The translations under genes and the position numbers were made by a program. The notes below the pieces were generated by a model. The model was given only the letters and a program-made list of their open reading frames with translations. It was not told the DNA's origin and ran no database searches. A DNA stretch of 64,000 nt from a virus. Its lineage: Duplodnaviria; Caudoviricetes. Below, one piece after another: positions 1-8,800 of the stretch (its first letter is position 1; each line of letters starts with the position of its first letter). The stretch lies in IMG/VR virus record IMGVR_UViG_3300032116_022045, one strand, 5' to 3'.

Positions 1-1
1 T

Positions 2-238
2 CCATCTTTGTATTGTTAAAAAGATAACTGGAATTTTTCTACCATCAATACTTAAATAAACTCTTTCATCATTATTAAAGAAATCTAAAAAAGCTTCATC
101 CATGTCTTCTTCATTAACACCTCTAGGTAAAAAAGTACCATTTGATGAAATATCATCAAGAATCTCTTGTCTTCTTTCAAAACCTATTTTTTGGTTTAAT
201 ATATTAATATTATTTCTATATCCTTTAGGTAAAGCCAT
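2..238 (-). CDS. gp15-like tail terminator/neck protein, N-terminal part (runs off the left edge)
   Basis: Manual translation from ATG at 238: MALPKGYRNNINILNQKIGFERRQEILDD...IDGRKIPVIFLTIQRW. The IPV...QRW motif and the position just downstream of the gp14-like gene suggest gp15. Confidence 0.55.
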   Translation of the reverse strand, partial: MALPKGYRNNINILNQKIGFERRQEILDDISSNGTFLPRGVNEEDMDEAFLDFFNNDERVYLSIDGRKIPVIFLTIQRW

Positions 239-241
239 TTA

Positions 242-760
242 TTAAAAACCTCTAAATTCATCACTAGTTACAGCGGCACAAACTATTGTTCTAAATGCAC
301 CTCTATAACCCATTATAGTATGTTTATTATCGTAATTTTTTAAGTTATCATTAACAACACTAAAATATCTTATCTCTTTTTCAGTTATTGGATAACCGAT
401 ATAATCACCATAATTAATATCAACATTAAGTTCGTTTAATTGAGCTGAATGTACGCTAAATGTAAACTTACCATCATAAATATACCTTAAACTACCATTG
501 TCATTATATGTGTTATTTATTGGTTCATCAGCAATTGGTAACACTTTTAATTCAATAGGCGGAAAAAATCTAATACCATCAACTGATGCTTCACCATAAA
601 CATTATCAAATTCAGTTAATTGTCTATCAACTTTATATAAAATAACAGTAAAATTACCATCGCCCTCAATGGCTTCTCTAGACATGCTGATTTCTAAATT
701 GAAGTCTTCTTCTGAAAACCATTTATTAATTCTTGTTATAGGTACTTGTTTATTTGACAT
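242..760 (-). CDS. gp14-like neck/head-closure protein
   Basis: 172 aa; DNVYGE motif and beta-rich DINYGDYIGY segment; preceded by the late-promoter candidate. Confidence 0.65.
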   Translation of the reverse strand: MSNKQVPITRINKWFSEEDFNLEISMSREAIEGDGNFTVILYKVDRQLTEFDNVYGEASVDGIRFFPPIELKVLPIADEPINNTYNDNGSLRYIYDGKFTFSVHSAQLNELNVDINYGDYIGYPITEKEIRYFSVVNDNLKNYDNKHTIMGYRGAFRTIVCAAVTSDEFRGF

Positions 761-773
761 AATGATATTTTAA

Positions 774-781
774 TATAAATA
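774..781 (-). promoter_or_regulatory. Candidate late promoter (TATTTATA on the sense strand)
   Basis: 13 nt upstream of ATG 760; the same motif precedes more than 10 structural genes. Confidence 0.6.
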
Positions 782-860
782 CTTGCAATTAGGTTAATAA
801 TAATCAATTGTTGATTTTTTTTTACCAGGTATTATATTTAATATAACAATTCATTAAAAA

Positions 861-3191
861 ATGATTAATTTAGATGATATTAGAGGTCGTTCAGCACTAG
901 ATTTATTAAAAAATTATAGTGGGATAAATCCATATATAATAAAATTGAAACAAGATTTATTAAAAAATAATAAAATAAAATTAACGGATAATCAAACAAA
1001 ATATGTTGCTGATAATCACGATAAAGAACCAATATTTATTAATAGAGTAGTAAGAATAACAAGCTATTTAGGTGAAGAATTAAAAAGAGTTGATGAATTA
1101 TCATTTACACCAGAAAAAATATTAATAGAATTTATTTTAGCTGAAACAAATAAAACGTTTCATATTTATGGTAAATTAACAAAAAAACAAAAAGAATCTA
1201 GATTATATTGGATTCCAAAAACACAAGTTATTGATGACCCTTATTTTGAAAATTTAGATGTTAATGTAGATTTTGAAAAGTATAATACAATACTAGAAAA
1301 ATACGGTAAAAAATTATATAAACACCAAGAAGATGGTATTAAATTTTTATTATCTAGAAATGGTTGTATATTAGCTGACGACATGGGCCTTGGGAAAACG
1401 ATTCAAACAATAATTGCAGCTTTAGAAACTGGATTAGAAAGAATTTTAATCGTATGCCCAACATCAGCAAAAATTAATTGGCAAAGAGAAATAAATATTT
1501 TTTGTGATAAAACAGCAATCGTAGAAGGAAAAAGATGGAAAAAATCTAAATTCACTATTATTAATTTTGATATTTTAAAAAATTTTCATACTTTAGTTGA
1601 TGGTAGAAAAATAAATACTTATGAAGGTGAAATAAATAGAGAATTAGCAAACGCTAATTTTGATTTAATTATTGTTGATGAAGCACATAATTTAAAAAAT
1701 GCTAATAGCATAAGAGGTAAAATATTATTAGAGTTAGCAACAAAGTATAATGTTAGTAAAACATGGTTATTAACTGGTACACCAGTGGCAAATAGACCAA
1801 TGGATTTCTTTAATTTGTTGCGTATAATCAAGTCACCAATAACAGATAATTGGCAACACTTCGCTACTAGATATTGTGATGCAAAAAAGATGTTTAAAAC
1901 GCTTAAAAACGGTAAAAAGAAAAAAATATGGATAACTGATGGTGCATCTAATTTGGAAGAATTATCACAACGAACAAAAAATATTTTATTAAGGCGTTTA
2001 AAAAATGATGTGTTGGATATGCCAGATAAAATAATAACACCAATGTATTATCAACTTGATAGCTCTTCAAATATAGAATATAATCAATTATGGGATGATT
2101 ATCTAACAAAAAGAGAAATAGAAGGTAAAGGAGAAATAGATTTACAGAAAGAACTAGTTGAATTAATATTATTAAGAAAATTTATTGCGGAAAAAGCGAT
2201 ACCATATACAATAGAATTAGTTGAAAATGCTATTGAAATGGATAAAAAGGTAATTGTATTCACATCATTTAATGATGAATTAAATATGTTATCTGAACAT
2301 TTTGGTAAATTAGCTGTATGTCATAATGGTTCAATGACAACAAAAGAAAAACAAGCTTCTGTAGATTCTTTTCAAAACAATCCAAAGGTAAAAGTTTTTA
2401 TTGGTAATATTAAATCAGCTGGCGTTGCAATTACATTAACTGAAGCAACAGTTGTTGTATTTAATTCTTTTGATTGGGTGCCAGGAAATAATGAACAAGC
2501 AGAAGATAGATGTGTATTTGCTGGTCAATTAATTATGACAGATAAAGGGTTTAGAAAAATAGAAGACATACAAGTTGGCGATACTGTATACACTCATTTA
2601 GGTAACTTTAAAACTGTTTTAGCCACGCATAGTCATTTAGAAAAAACTAAAGCAAGAATAGATATCACATCAATAGGTTATAATAAGACACTATCATTAA
2701 CTGAAGACCATAAACTTTATATTTATGATAAAGAACTTAACCTTTTTTATTGGGTTAGGGCTAAATTTTTAGATATTAATAAACATTTATTAACATTAAA
2801 AAATAATAAAGAATTATTTGAAATTGATGGTTATAATTCTATACTACAAGATAGTGAACCTATATTAAAAAATGATTATTTATTGTATCCAATATTAAGT
2901 TTGCATGTTAGCAAACCAAAAAAAGGTGAAGAATTAGTATATGACTTATCAGTTGAAGATGACCATTCTTTTGTTGTAGGTAATTATAATGTACATAATT
3001 GTTATAGAATAGGGCAAAAAAATAATGTTAATATTTACTATCAAATATTTGAAGATACTATATCAATAACGATGTGGGATGTGTTAAAAAATAAAAAAGA
3101 TGTAATTTCAACAATTATTGGTGATAAAAACATAACCGATGAAGAAATATCAAAAACAATAATAGATAATATAATTAATAATAAATTATGA
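861..3191 (+). CDS. SNF2-family (SF2) helicase/translocase containing a mini-intein
   Basis: Motifs DDMGLGKT, DEAH, LLTGTP; motif VI QAEDR|CYRIGQ is interrupted by a Hint domain. Confidence 0.92.
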   Translation: MINLDDIRGRSALDLLKNYSGINPYIIKLKQDLLKNNKIKLTDNQTKYVADNHDKEPIFINRVVRITSYLGEELKRVDELSFTPEKILIEFILAETNKTFHIYGKLTKKQKESRLYWIPKTQVIDDPYFENLDVNVDFEKYNTILEKYGKKLYKHQEDGIKFLLSRNGCILADDMGLGKTIQTIIAALETGLERILIVCPTSAKINWQREINIFCDKTAIVEGKRWKKSKFTIINFDILKNFHTLVDGRKINTYEGEINRELANANFDLIIVDEAHNLKNANSIRGKILLELATKYNVSKTWLLTGTPVANRPMDFFNLLRIIKSPITDNWQHFATRYCDAKKMFKTLKNGKKKKIWITDGASNLEELSQRTKNILLRRLKNDVLDMPDKIITPMYYQLDSSSNIEYNQLWDDYLTKREIEGKGEIDLQKELVELILLRKFIAEKAIPYTIELVENAIEMDKKVIVFTSFNDELNMLSEHFGKLAVCHNGSMTTKEKQASVDSFQNNPKVKVFIGNIKSAGVAITLTEATVVVFNSFDWVPGNNEQAEDRCVFAGQLIMTDKGFRKIEDIQVGDTVYTHLGNFKTVLATHSHLEKTKARIDITSIGYNKTLSLTEDHKLYIYDKELNLFYWVRAKFLDINKHLLTLKNNKELFEIDGYNSILQDSEPILKNDYLLYPILSLHVSKPKKGEELVYDLSVEDDHSFVVGNYNVHNCYRIGQKNNVNIYYQIFEDTISITMWDVLKNKKDVISTIIGDKNITDEEISKTIIDNIINNKL
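2511..2999 (+). mobile_element. Mini-intein (163 aa, no homing endonuclease) in helicase motif VI
   Basis: Starts CVFAGQLIMTDKG (block A); block B LTEDH; block F VYDLSV; ends VHN followed by +1 Cys. Removal restores QAEDRCYRIGQ. Confidence 0.92.
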
Positions 3192-3454
3192 TTAGAGTTT
3201 ATAGTATACCAGACTGTCCTTATTGTACAAAAATAAAGGATTTATTAACTAGTGAAAATATCCCTTTTAGAGATATTAATATTTATTTACCAGAAAATAA
3301 AGAAGAATCTGATAAATTATTTGAATTAACAAAATCAGACCAAGTACCTATTTTAATAGTTGAAAAACAAATATTATTACCTGATGTTAGTTTTACTACT
3401 ATTGATGAATGTTTTAATATTGTGAAAAAACTGTTGAATAAAGAAAATAATTAA
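3188..3454 (+). CDS. Glutaredoxin
   Basis: CPYC active site, QVP cis-Pro motif, 88 aa. Confidence 0.88.
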   Translation: MIRVYSIPDCPYCTKIKDLLTSENIPFRDINIYLPENKEESDKLFELTKSDQVPILIVEKQILLPDVSFTTIDECFNIVKKLLNKENN

Positions 3455-3473
3455 TTATTTTATTTTTTTTTAG

Positions 3474-3482
3474 ATATTTATA
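3474..3482 (+). promoter_or_regulatory. Candidate late promoter ATATTTATA
   Basis: 15 nt upstream of ATG 3498. Confidence 0.6.
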
Positions 3483-3497
3483 ATAAAAATAAATATC

Positions 3498-4640
3498 ATG
3501 TCAATAACAACTCAAGAACAAGAAAAACTATTTAGACAATTTAAACACTCTGTTGGTGCGCCAATAAGACAAATAGAATTAACTGATGAACAATTATGTA
3601 CATTGTTAGAGATAGCTATTGAAGATTACAGTCAAATAGTACAAGATTGGTTAATAGAACATCAATGGCAATCTTTATTGGGTAAAAATGTTACTACATT
3701 AGATATGACATTTGCACTTAGTTATAGGTCATTTGACTCTGTAACACAAGCAACCTATGCTTACTCAAAACAAGTAGGTTTACAATCAAATGGTCCTTGG
3801 GAATTAAAGAAAGATTATGTAGAATTACAAGCTGGTAGACAAGTATATCAAATACCAGCTGGACGTGAAATAAATGAAGTATTATGGATAACACCACCAC
3901 CAATTAATCAAGCATTATTGGCTAATTATGGTGGTATTGATTATGGTTTTGGTGGTGGTTTCTCACAAGTTGGTGGTGGAACTGGAACAGGTGGACCAGG
4001 TTTTTCCAGAATGGGTTATTATATCGCACCAGCATTTGATATTTTATTGACTGCTGCTGATATGAATTTAAAAAATAGAATAATTAGAAGTGAATTAGTT
4101 TATAAAGTAACTGCTGGTCCAAATGGTACTAAATTATTACATTTATTATCAACACCAGGTTCAAGATATACATTTGGTCAACAAATAGGTGGTGTAGGTA
4201 GCACAATTAATTTAACTGGTTGTCAAGTATGGTATTTTTATTATGATACAACACCAGAAAACGTTAATCAATGTTTGGCTGAAAACCCTGATATCATTAG
4301 ATATCCAAATCAAGTTAATTTAGCTACATTAGATTATTCTTCTTTTAACCAACCTACAAAAGCTATCATACGTCAGTTATTTATCGCTGAAGCTAAAAAA
4401 GCATTGGGAAGGGTCAGAGGTAAATTTGGTGGTGTTGTAGGGCCTCCTGAAGCGGAAAGAACTATGGATTATGAGAGTTTAATATCAGAAGGTAACGAAG
4501 AAAGAAAAGCTGTTATGGAAAAACTTGAAGAAAGGTTAACAAGGTTTACCACAACGTCACAGCTGGAAAGGGCAGCTAACGAAGCTGAACAATTAAACAA
4601 ACATTTAAAACATAGACCATTAGGTTTTTGGGTGTACTAA
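3498..4640 (+). CDS. gp13-like neck (head-tail adaptor) protein
   Basis: LGAPIRQIELTDEQL-type N-terminus and C-terminal LGRVRGKFGGVVG...YESLISEG..E, as in T4 gp13-like proteins. Confidence 0.75.
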   Translation: MSITTQEQEKLFRQFKHSVGAPIRQIELTDEQLCTLLEIAIEDYSQIVQDWLIEHQWQSLLGKNVTTLDMTFALSYRSFDSVTQATYAYSKQVGLQSNGPWELKKDYVELQAGRQVYQIPAGREINEVLWITPPPINQALLANYGGIDYGFGGGFSQVGGGTGTGGPGFSRMGYYIAPAFDILLTAADMNLKNRIIRSELVYKVTAGPNGTKLLHLLSTPGSRYTFGQQIGGVGSTINLTGCQVWYFYYDTTPENVNQCLAENPDIIRYPNQVNLATLDYSSFNQPTKAIIRQLFIAEAKKALGRVRGKFGGVVGPPEAERTMDYESLISEGNEERKAVMEKLEERLTRFTTTSQLERAANEAEQLNKHLKHRPLGFWVY

Positions 4641-7600
4641 AAACCCCATTCATCTACTTCATCTATTGTTATAACAGGTTCAGAAATTTCTTCTATATTT
4701 TCAGCGAATGTATCATCATATTCGTCTTCCAATATAATATCTTCATTATATTTTTCATCAATTATTTCATCTGATTCTATATCATCAGAATCTTCATCTG
4801 TGTCTACATCTTTTATGGTCATAACTTCTTTTTCTTCATCTATTTCATTGTTTACAGTCAATTTTATTTCACTAATTGATGTTAACTTAGTTGTAGCTGA
4901 AAAGATGTCATCATAACCGTTTAAAAGAGATTTTGAAATAACATAATTAATCCATTGTTCGTATTTATCTTTATGTTTTTCTATTTTATGCTCTTTATAG
5001 TATTCATTTCTATCAATTGCAATAGATTCATATTTAAAAATGTCTTCTATTGGACATAATGGTTCTTCCCATTTATTTGAAACAAGCATATAAGGTGCTT
5101 CTGTTGATATATTAGCAATTATAGATATTGTTTTTGGTAATACATTTGTTTTGATTATATCTTGTAAATCAATAACTTCTAGTTTTCTAAAAATATCATC
5201 TAATTTAGCTTTTTCTGAAACAATACCATCTGCTTTTTCTTTAATCATTCTTTGAATGTAATCTTTTCTTATGGTATCCCATTCATCTGCTTCCATATAA
5301 TTTGGTTGTTTATTAACGCTATCCCAGAATCTTATTTCTTTATCTTCCATAGTCATAAGTTTTTCATAAGAATCTTGGTCAACTTCTTTAAATGGCATAC
5401 CTGAAACAAGTTCACATTGTTCTTTTTCAAAAATATGTTTAGGTTTTAGTTTTTCAGTCACTTGTTTTGTTTCTGGGTTTTTAACTTTAACCGTTGTTAT
5501 TAAAATATCTTTTCTAACATCTGGATGAAAACAGACTAATAGTGGTTTAACCTTTTTATTAAAGGCTTCTAAGTATCTAAGTACGTTATATTCATCTATA
5601 TATAGATTATCATTTAATTGATTAATGGTTTCAATTAATGATTTATATTCTTCAGAATCTGGTGATAAGATATTTAAACTTAATTTTAGACTTTCTATTT
5701 CTTTAATTGTTTCTAAATCTTGTTCAACACGTAATGAATCAATTAATTTACAATTCAATTCTGTTTTTGTTGTGAAATTTGGTTCATGACCATGCAGTTC
5801 AACATATTCCTTAACTGCTTTTTTAGACATCTTATCACGTCTAATAGTTTTTAAGTCACCTTGACCTTTTTTAGTACCAATATTAACATAGTATATTGTA
5901 TCACCCAAATCAACATCTATTTCATTTTTAACAACAAGTTCCATATGAGCTTGTTTTGGCATTGGATTACCAGCTTTATTTTTTAATTTAGCTTTTTTTA
6001 GATAATCAGTTACGTTTATTTTAACTTTAGATTTACTAGCTATTTTAACTAATGGTATTTGATAGTTATATATTTTGTCAACATATTCTTGGTAATAGTT
6101 TATGAATTTATAACCTTCACCATCCAATAACATTCTTATACCATTATTAATAAATTCTTCAATATAAAGTGGCATTTTTTTAGATTTGATTGAGTTACCA
6201 ACCAATTTTATTTTACCATCAATATCATTAGCATAATTTTTTCTTGCGAAGTTAATCGTAGAATTACAGATATCGTCAATATCAAGACCCATTCTACCTT
6301 CCATGTATTCTTCATTAAATTCTGCAAGAACTGCTTCAAGACCAACCAATTCTTTTCCAGCATCATTAACTGTTTTCCAATGGTTACCTTTTGCAACATA
6401 TTTAATATCATTAACATTATCTGGGAAAGAAAAATTACAACCATCTGTATCTAAAACTAACGGTTTAAAATTATATTTCTCAGTAAAATGTCTAACCATC
6501 AAACGTAAACTCTGTCTACCACGACAAGTAGTTTCTTCAGCAGAATTTGTATCACCCCAATTAAAAATATATGGTGCGCCATATGAACCAAACCATGAGT
6601 TAGCCAATATTTTAAGTGGTAATTGTTTTTTATCGAATAAATTTGATAAGAATTTATTCTCATCAATTTCTTTAATTATTTCATTTATTGATATTTTTTC
6701 ATTCTTAAGTTTTTCTTGTAGTTTTTTGACTATTTTTTTGTGTTTACCAGTTAAGAATTTAAACTCATCTCTGGTATCAACAACATAGGTCAAAATACCA
6801 CGCATAACGCCAGATATATCCAAATCTGGGAATATACCCCAAGTTAACTGTGTCTTTGGATATAGGGCAGCAAAATCAAGTTTAACGACATTTTTAGCAT
6901 AACCAACCTGAAGAAGTCTTGATAAACCACCAGTAAACTCTCTCTTTTTTTGTGTTTCAGGTATTGCTAAGTCATTTTGATATGACCATGCGGCCATAAT
7001 TAATTTCCATTGACCAGCAGTACCCATTGTTGATGAACGCATAAAACTGGTTGGTAATATTTTTGATAATAAAAATGATGCTTGATTAAATATATTATCT
7101 ATTTGTTCAGTTTCCCATAAGTCATCATAAAGATATCTTTTAATAACATAATCACCAGTTACAATTTCATAATTTTCTTTTAATGGTCTTTTTTCAGATA
7201 TCACATACCAGTCACCAGTATTTTCATTAAAAGCGTATTGATTCTTTTTATCAACCCATGTTGAGTTAATTTTATCGCCTGGTACATAAACACGATTTTC
7301 TTTAGCTATTTCAGAATATTTTGTAATATATTTAAGTGTCCAACTTTTAATATCTGAGTTAATAGACATTGCTCTACGAACAGCATGTGATATATCTATA
7401 ATATTATATCCATACATGTATGTTTGTTTATATTTTTCAGTTTCGCTACCTAACTTTAATGTTGAATCTCTTCTATATATCTTATGATATGGACTTAAAG
7501 TTTTTGCTATCTCAGTTATTGGTATATTTAATCGTTCACATCGTTCAAATAAAAACTTCCAATCAAATGATTCTGAGTTATAACCTGTAATAATATCTGG

Positions 7601-8281
7601 TTTTAGAGCATCAATTAAATGAAAAAATTTAATTATATTACTTCTTTCAGAATTTCTTCTTTCTTGTGGTGTATTACCAGTTGTTTCTAAAATAATTTTA
7701 GAATTTCGATTATCACTAACCCCTATTTGAAATATAGCATGTTTACTAGCAACAAGACCTTCTGTCTCTAAGTCAAATTGTAATCTATGAAGGTCATTAT
7801 AATCATCAAAACCTTTGAAAAGTCTTTTACCTGTTTGTATAAAAAATTGTTCAACAGGTGAAAACATAACAAAATATTTTTTATATGTCTCATTAAAGAC
7901 ATCAACACCACCTTCTTTAAAAAATTGTATTAAATCGTTATAAGAATTTTTACATTTAGCGATAAATTTATAACCATTCTCCATCCTTTCTGGTGTATAA
8001 CCTTCAGGATTACTAGTCTTTAATCTAGTAATTTTCACATCAAATTTTTTTGATGCTTCATATATTTTAACTCTATTACCTTTATATAATACTTTAACAA
8101 CTTCTTCTTTAAACCATAAAAAAGGCACAAACTTGTGGTTCTCAATGTATTTACCCTTATCTGGGTCATTAATTATTAAACTTATAATTGGTTTTCCATA
8201 TTGCGGTTCTGCTGCTACAATATATTTTTGTGGGTCTGAACCATGTAAAAAATCTTCAATTATTTCTTTATTGATATCCAT
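4637..8281 (-). CDS. Family B DNA polymerase with 3'-5' exonuclease and acidic C-terminal tail
   Basis: Exo FDLET and GYNSESFD; polymerase motifs LDFAALYPK, KILANSWFG, LDTDG; ends ...DEVDEWGF with a TAG stop overlapping the gp13-like stop. Confidence 0.95.
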   Translation of the reverse strand: MDINKEIIEDFLHGSDPQKYIVAAEPQYGKPIISLIINDPDKGKYIENHKFVPFLWFKEEVVKVLYKGNRVKIYEASKKFDVKITRLKTSNPEGYTPERMENGYKFIAKCKNSYNDLIQFFKEGGVDVFNETYKKYFVMFSPVEQFFIQTGKRLFKGFDDYNDLHRLQFDLETEGLVASKHAIFQIGVSDNRNSKIILETTGNTPQERRNSERSNIIKFFHLIDALKPDIITGYNSESFDWKFLFERCERLNIPITEIAKTLSPYHKIYRRDSTLKLGSETEKYKQTYMYGYNIIDISHAVRRAMSINSDIKSWTLKYITKYSEIAKENRVYVPGDKINSTWVDKKNQYAFNENTGDWYVISEKRPLKENYEIVTGDYVIKRYLYDDLWETEQIDNIFNQASFLLSKILPTSFMRSSTMGTAGQWKLIMAAWSYQNDLAIPETQKKREFTGGLSRLLQVGYAKNVVKLDFAALYPKTQLTWGIFPDLDISGVMRGILTYVVDTRDEFKFLTGKHKKIVKKLQEKLKNEKISINEIIKEIDENKFLSNLFDKKQLPLKILANSWFGSYGAPYIFNWGDTNSAEETTCRGRQSLRLMVRHFTEKYNFKPLVLDTDGCNFSFPDNVNDIKYVAKGNHWKTVNDAGKELVGLEAVLAEFNEEYMEGRMGLDIDDICNSTINFARKNYANDIDGKIKLVGNSIKSKKMPLYIEEFINNGIRMLLDGEGYKFINYYQEYVDKIYNYQIPLVKIASKSKVKINVTDYLKKAKLKNKAGNPMPKQAHMELVVKNEIDVDLGDTIYYVNIGTKKGQGDLKTIRRDKMSKKAVKEYVELHGHEPNFTTKTELNCKLIDSLRVEQDLETIKEIESLKLSLNILSPDSEEYKSLIETINQLNDNLYIDEYNVLRYLEAFNKKVKPLLVCFHPDVRKDILITTVKVKNPETKQVTEKLKPKHIFEKEQCELVSGMPFKEVDQDSYEKLMTMEDKEIRFWDSVNKQPNYMEADEWDTIRKDYIQRMIKEKADGIVSEKAKLDDIFRKLEVIDLQDIIKTNVLPKTISIIANISTEAPYMLVSNKWEEPLCPIEDIFKYESIAIDRNEYYKEHKIEKHKDKYEQWINYVISKSLLNGYDDIFSATTKLTSISEIKLTVNNEIDEEKEVMTIKDVDTDEDSDDIESDEIIDEKYNEDIILEDEYDDTFAENIEEISEPVITIDEVDEWGF

Positions 8282-8297
8282 ATAAGTTATATTTTAA

Positions 8298-8329
8298 CAA
8301 ATATACTAAATAGATAGTAGAAACACAAC
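8298..8329 (-). promoter_or_regulatory. Bacteroidota-type sigma-A promoter of the DNA polymerase
   Basis: GTTG-N20-TATATTTG matches the TTTG-N19-21-TAnnTTTG consensus. Confidence 0.6.
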
Positions 8330-8340
8330 AATAAACATAA

Positions 8341-8373
8341 AAAAAAAATTAACTTTGTAACATTACAAAGTTA
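8341..8373 (-). terminator. Perfect 11-bp palindrome followed by a U-tract on the minus strand (terminator or operator)
   Basis: TAACTTTGTAA-CA-TTACAAAGTTA at 8350-8373, with an A8 run at 8341-8348. Confidence 0.5.
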
Positions 8374-8422
8374 CTAAAAAAAATCGACAAAAACAAATAT
8401 TTTTTTAATTTTAATTAAAATA

Positions 8423-8794
8423 TTATTTTTTTATATCACCATCTAATATGTTTATATATAATGATTCTCTAATAGGGACAATTAGTGTTCCAGAACCATC
8501 TAAAAACTCTATAGTAAAAGTACCAACATATTTACCTGGTTTTGATGTTTCATTTGAAGTAAATTTATAAGTTATATAAAATTCTTCACCAACACAATTT
8601 ATTGGTATTACTTGTTGTAAACCAGCAGTTTTTTTAGCTATTCTTTTAACACCAGTAACGACATCCGCCATAGTAAAATATATATTAGCATTTTGGATTG
8701 CAGAAAAAAATCTATGATAATCGTTACGACCATCAGAAATTAATTCCATTTTCAAAACTGGTAATGTTGCGTTTTTGTTTATAAAAAATTCCAT
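8423..8794 (-). CDS. BppU-like baseplate/fibre-associated protein
   Basis: FINKNATLPVL...ETSKPGKYVGTFTIEFLDG pattern of the BppU N-terminal-like domain; follows the fibre genes. Confidence 0.55.
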   Translation of the reverse strand: MEFFINKNATLPVLKMELISDGRNDYHRFFSAIQNANIYFTMADVVTGVKRIAKKTAGLQQVIPINCVGEEFYITYKFTSNETSKPGKYVGTFTIEFLDGSGTLIVPIRESLYINILDGDIKK

Positions 8795-8800
8795 GTTTTA

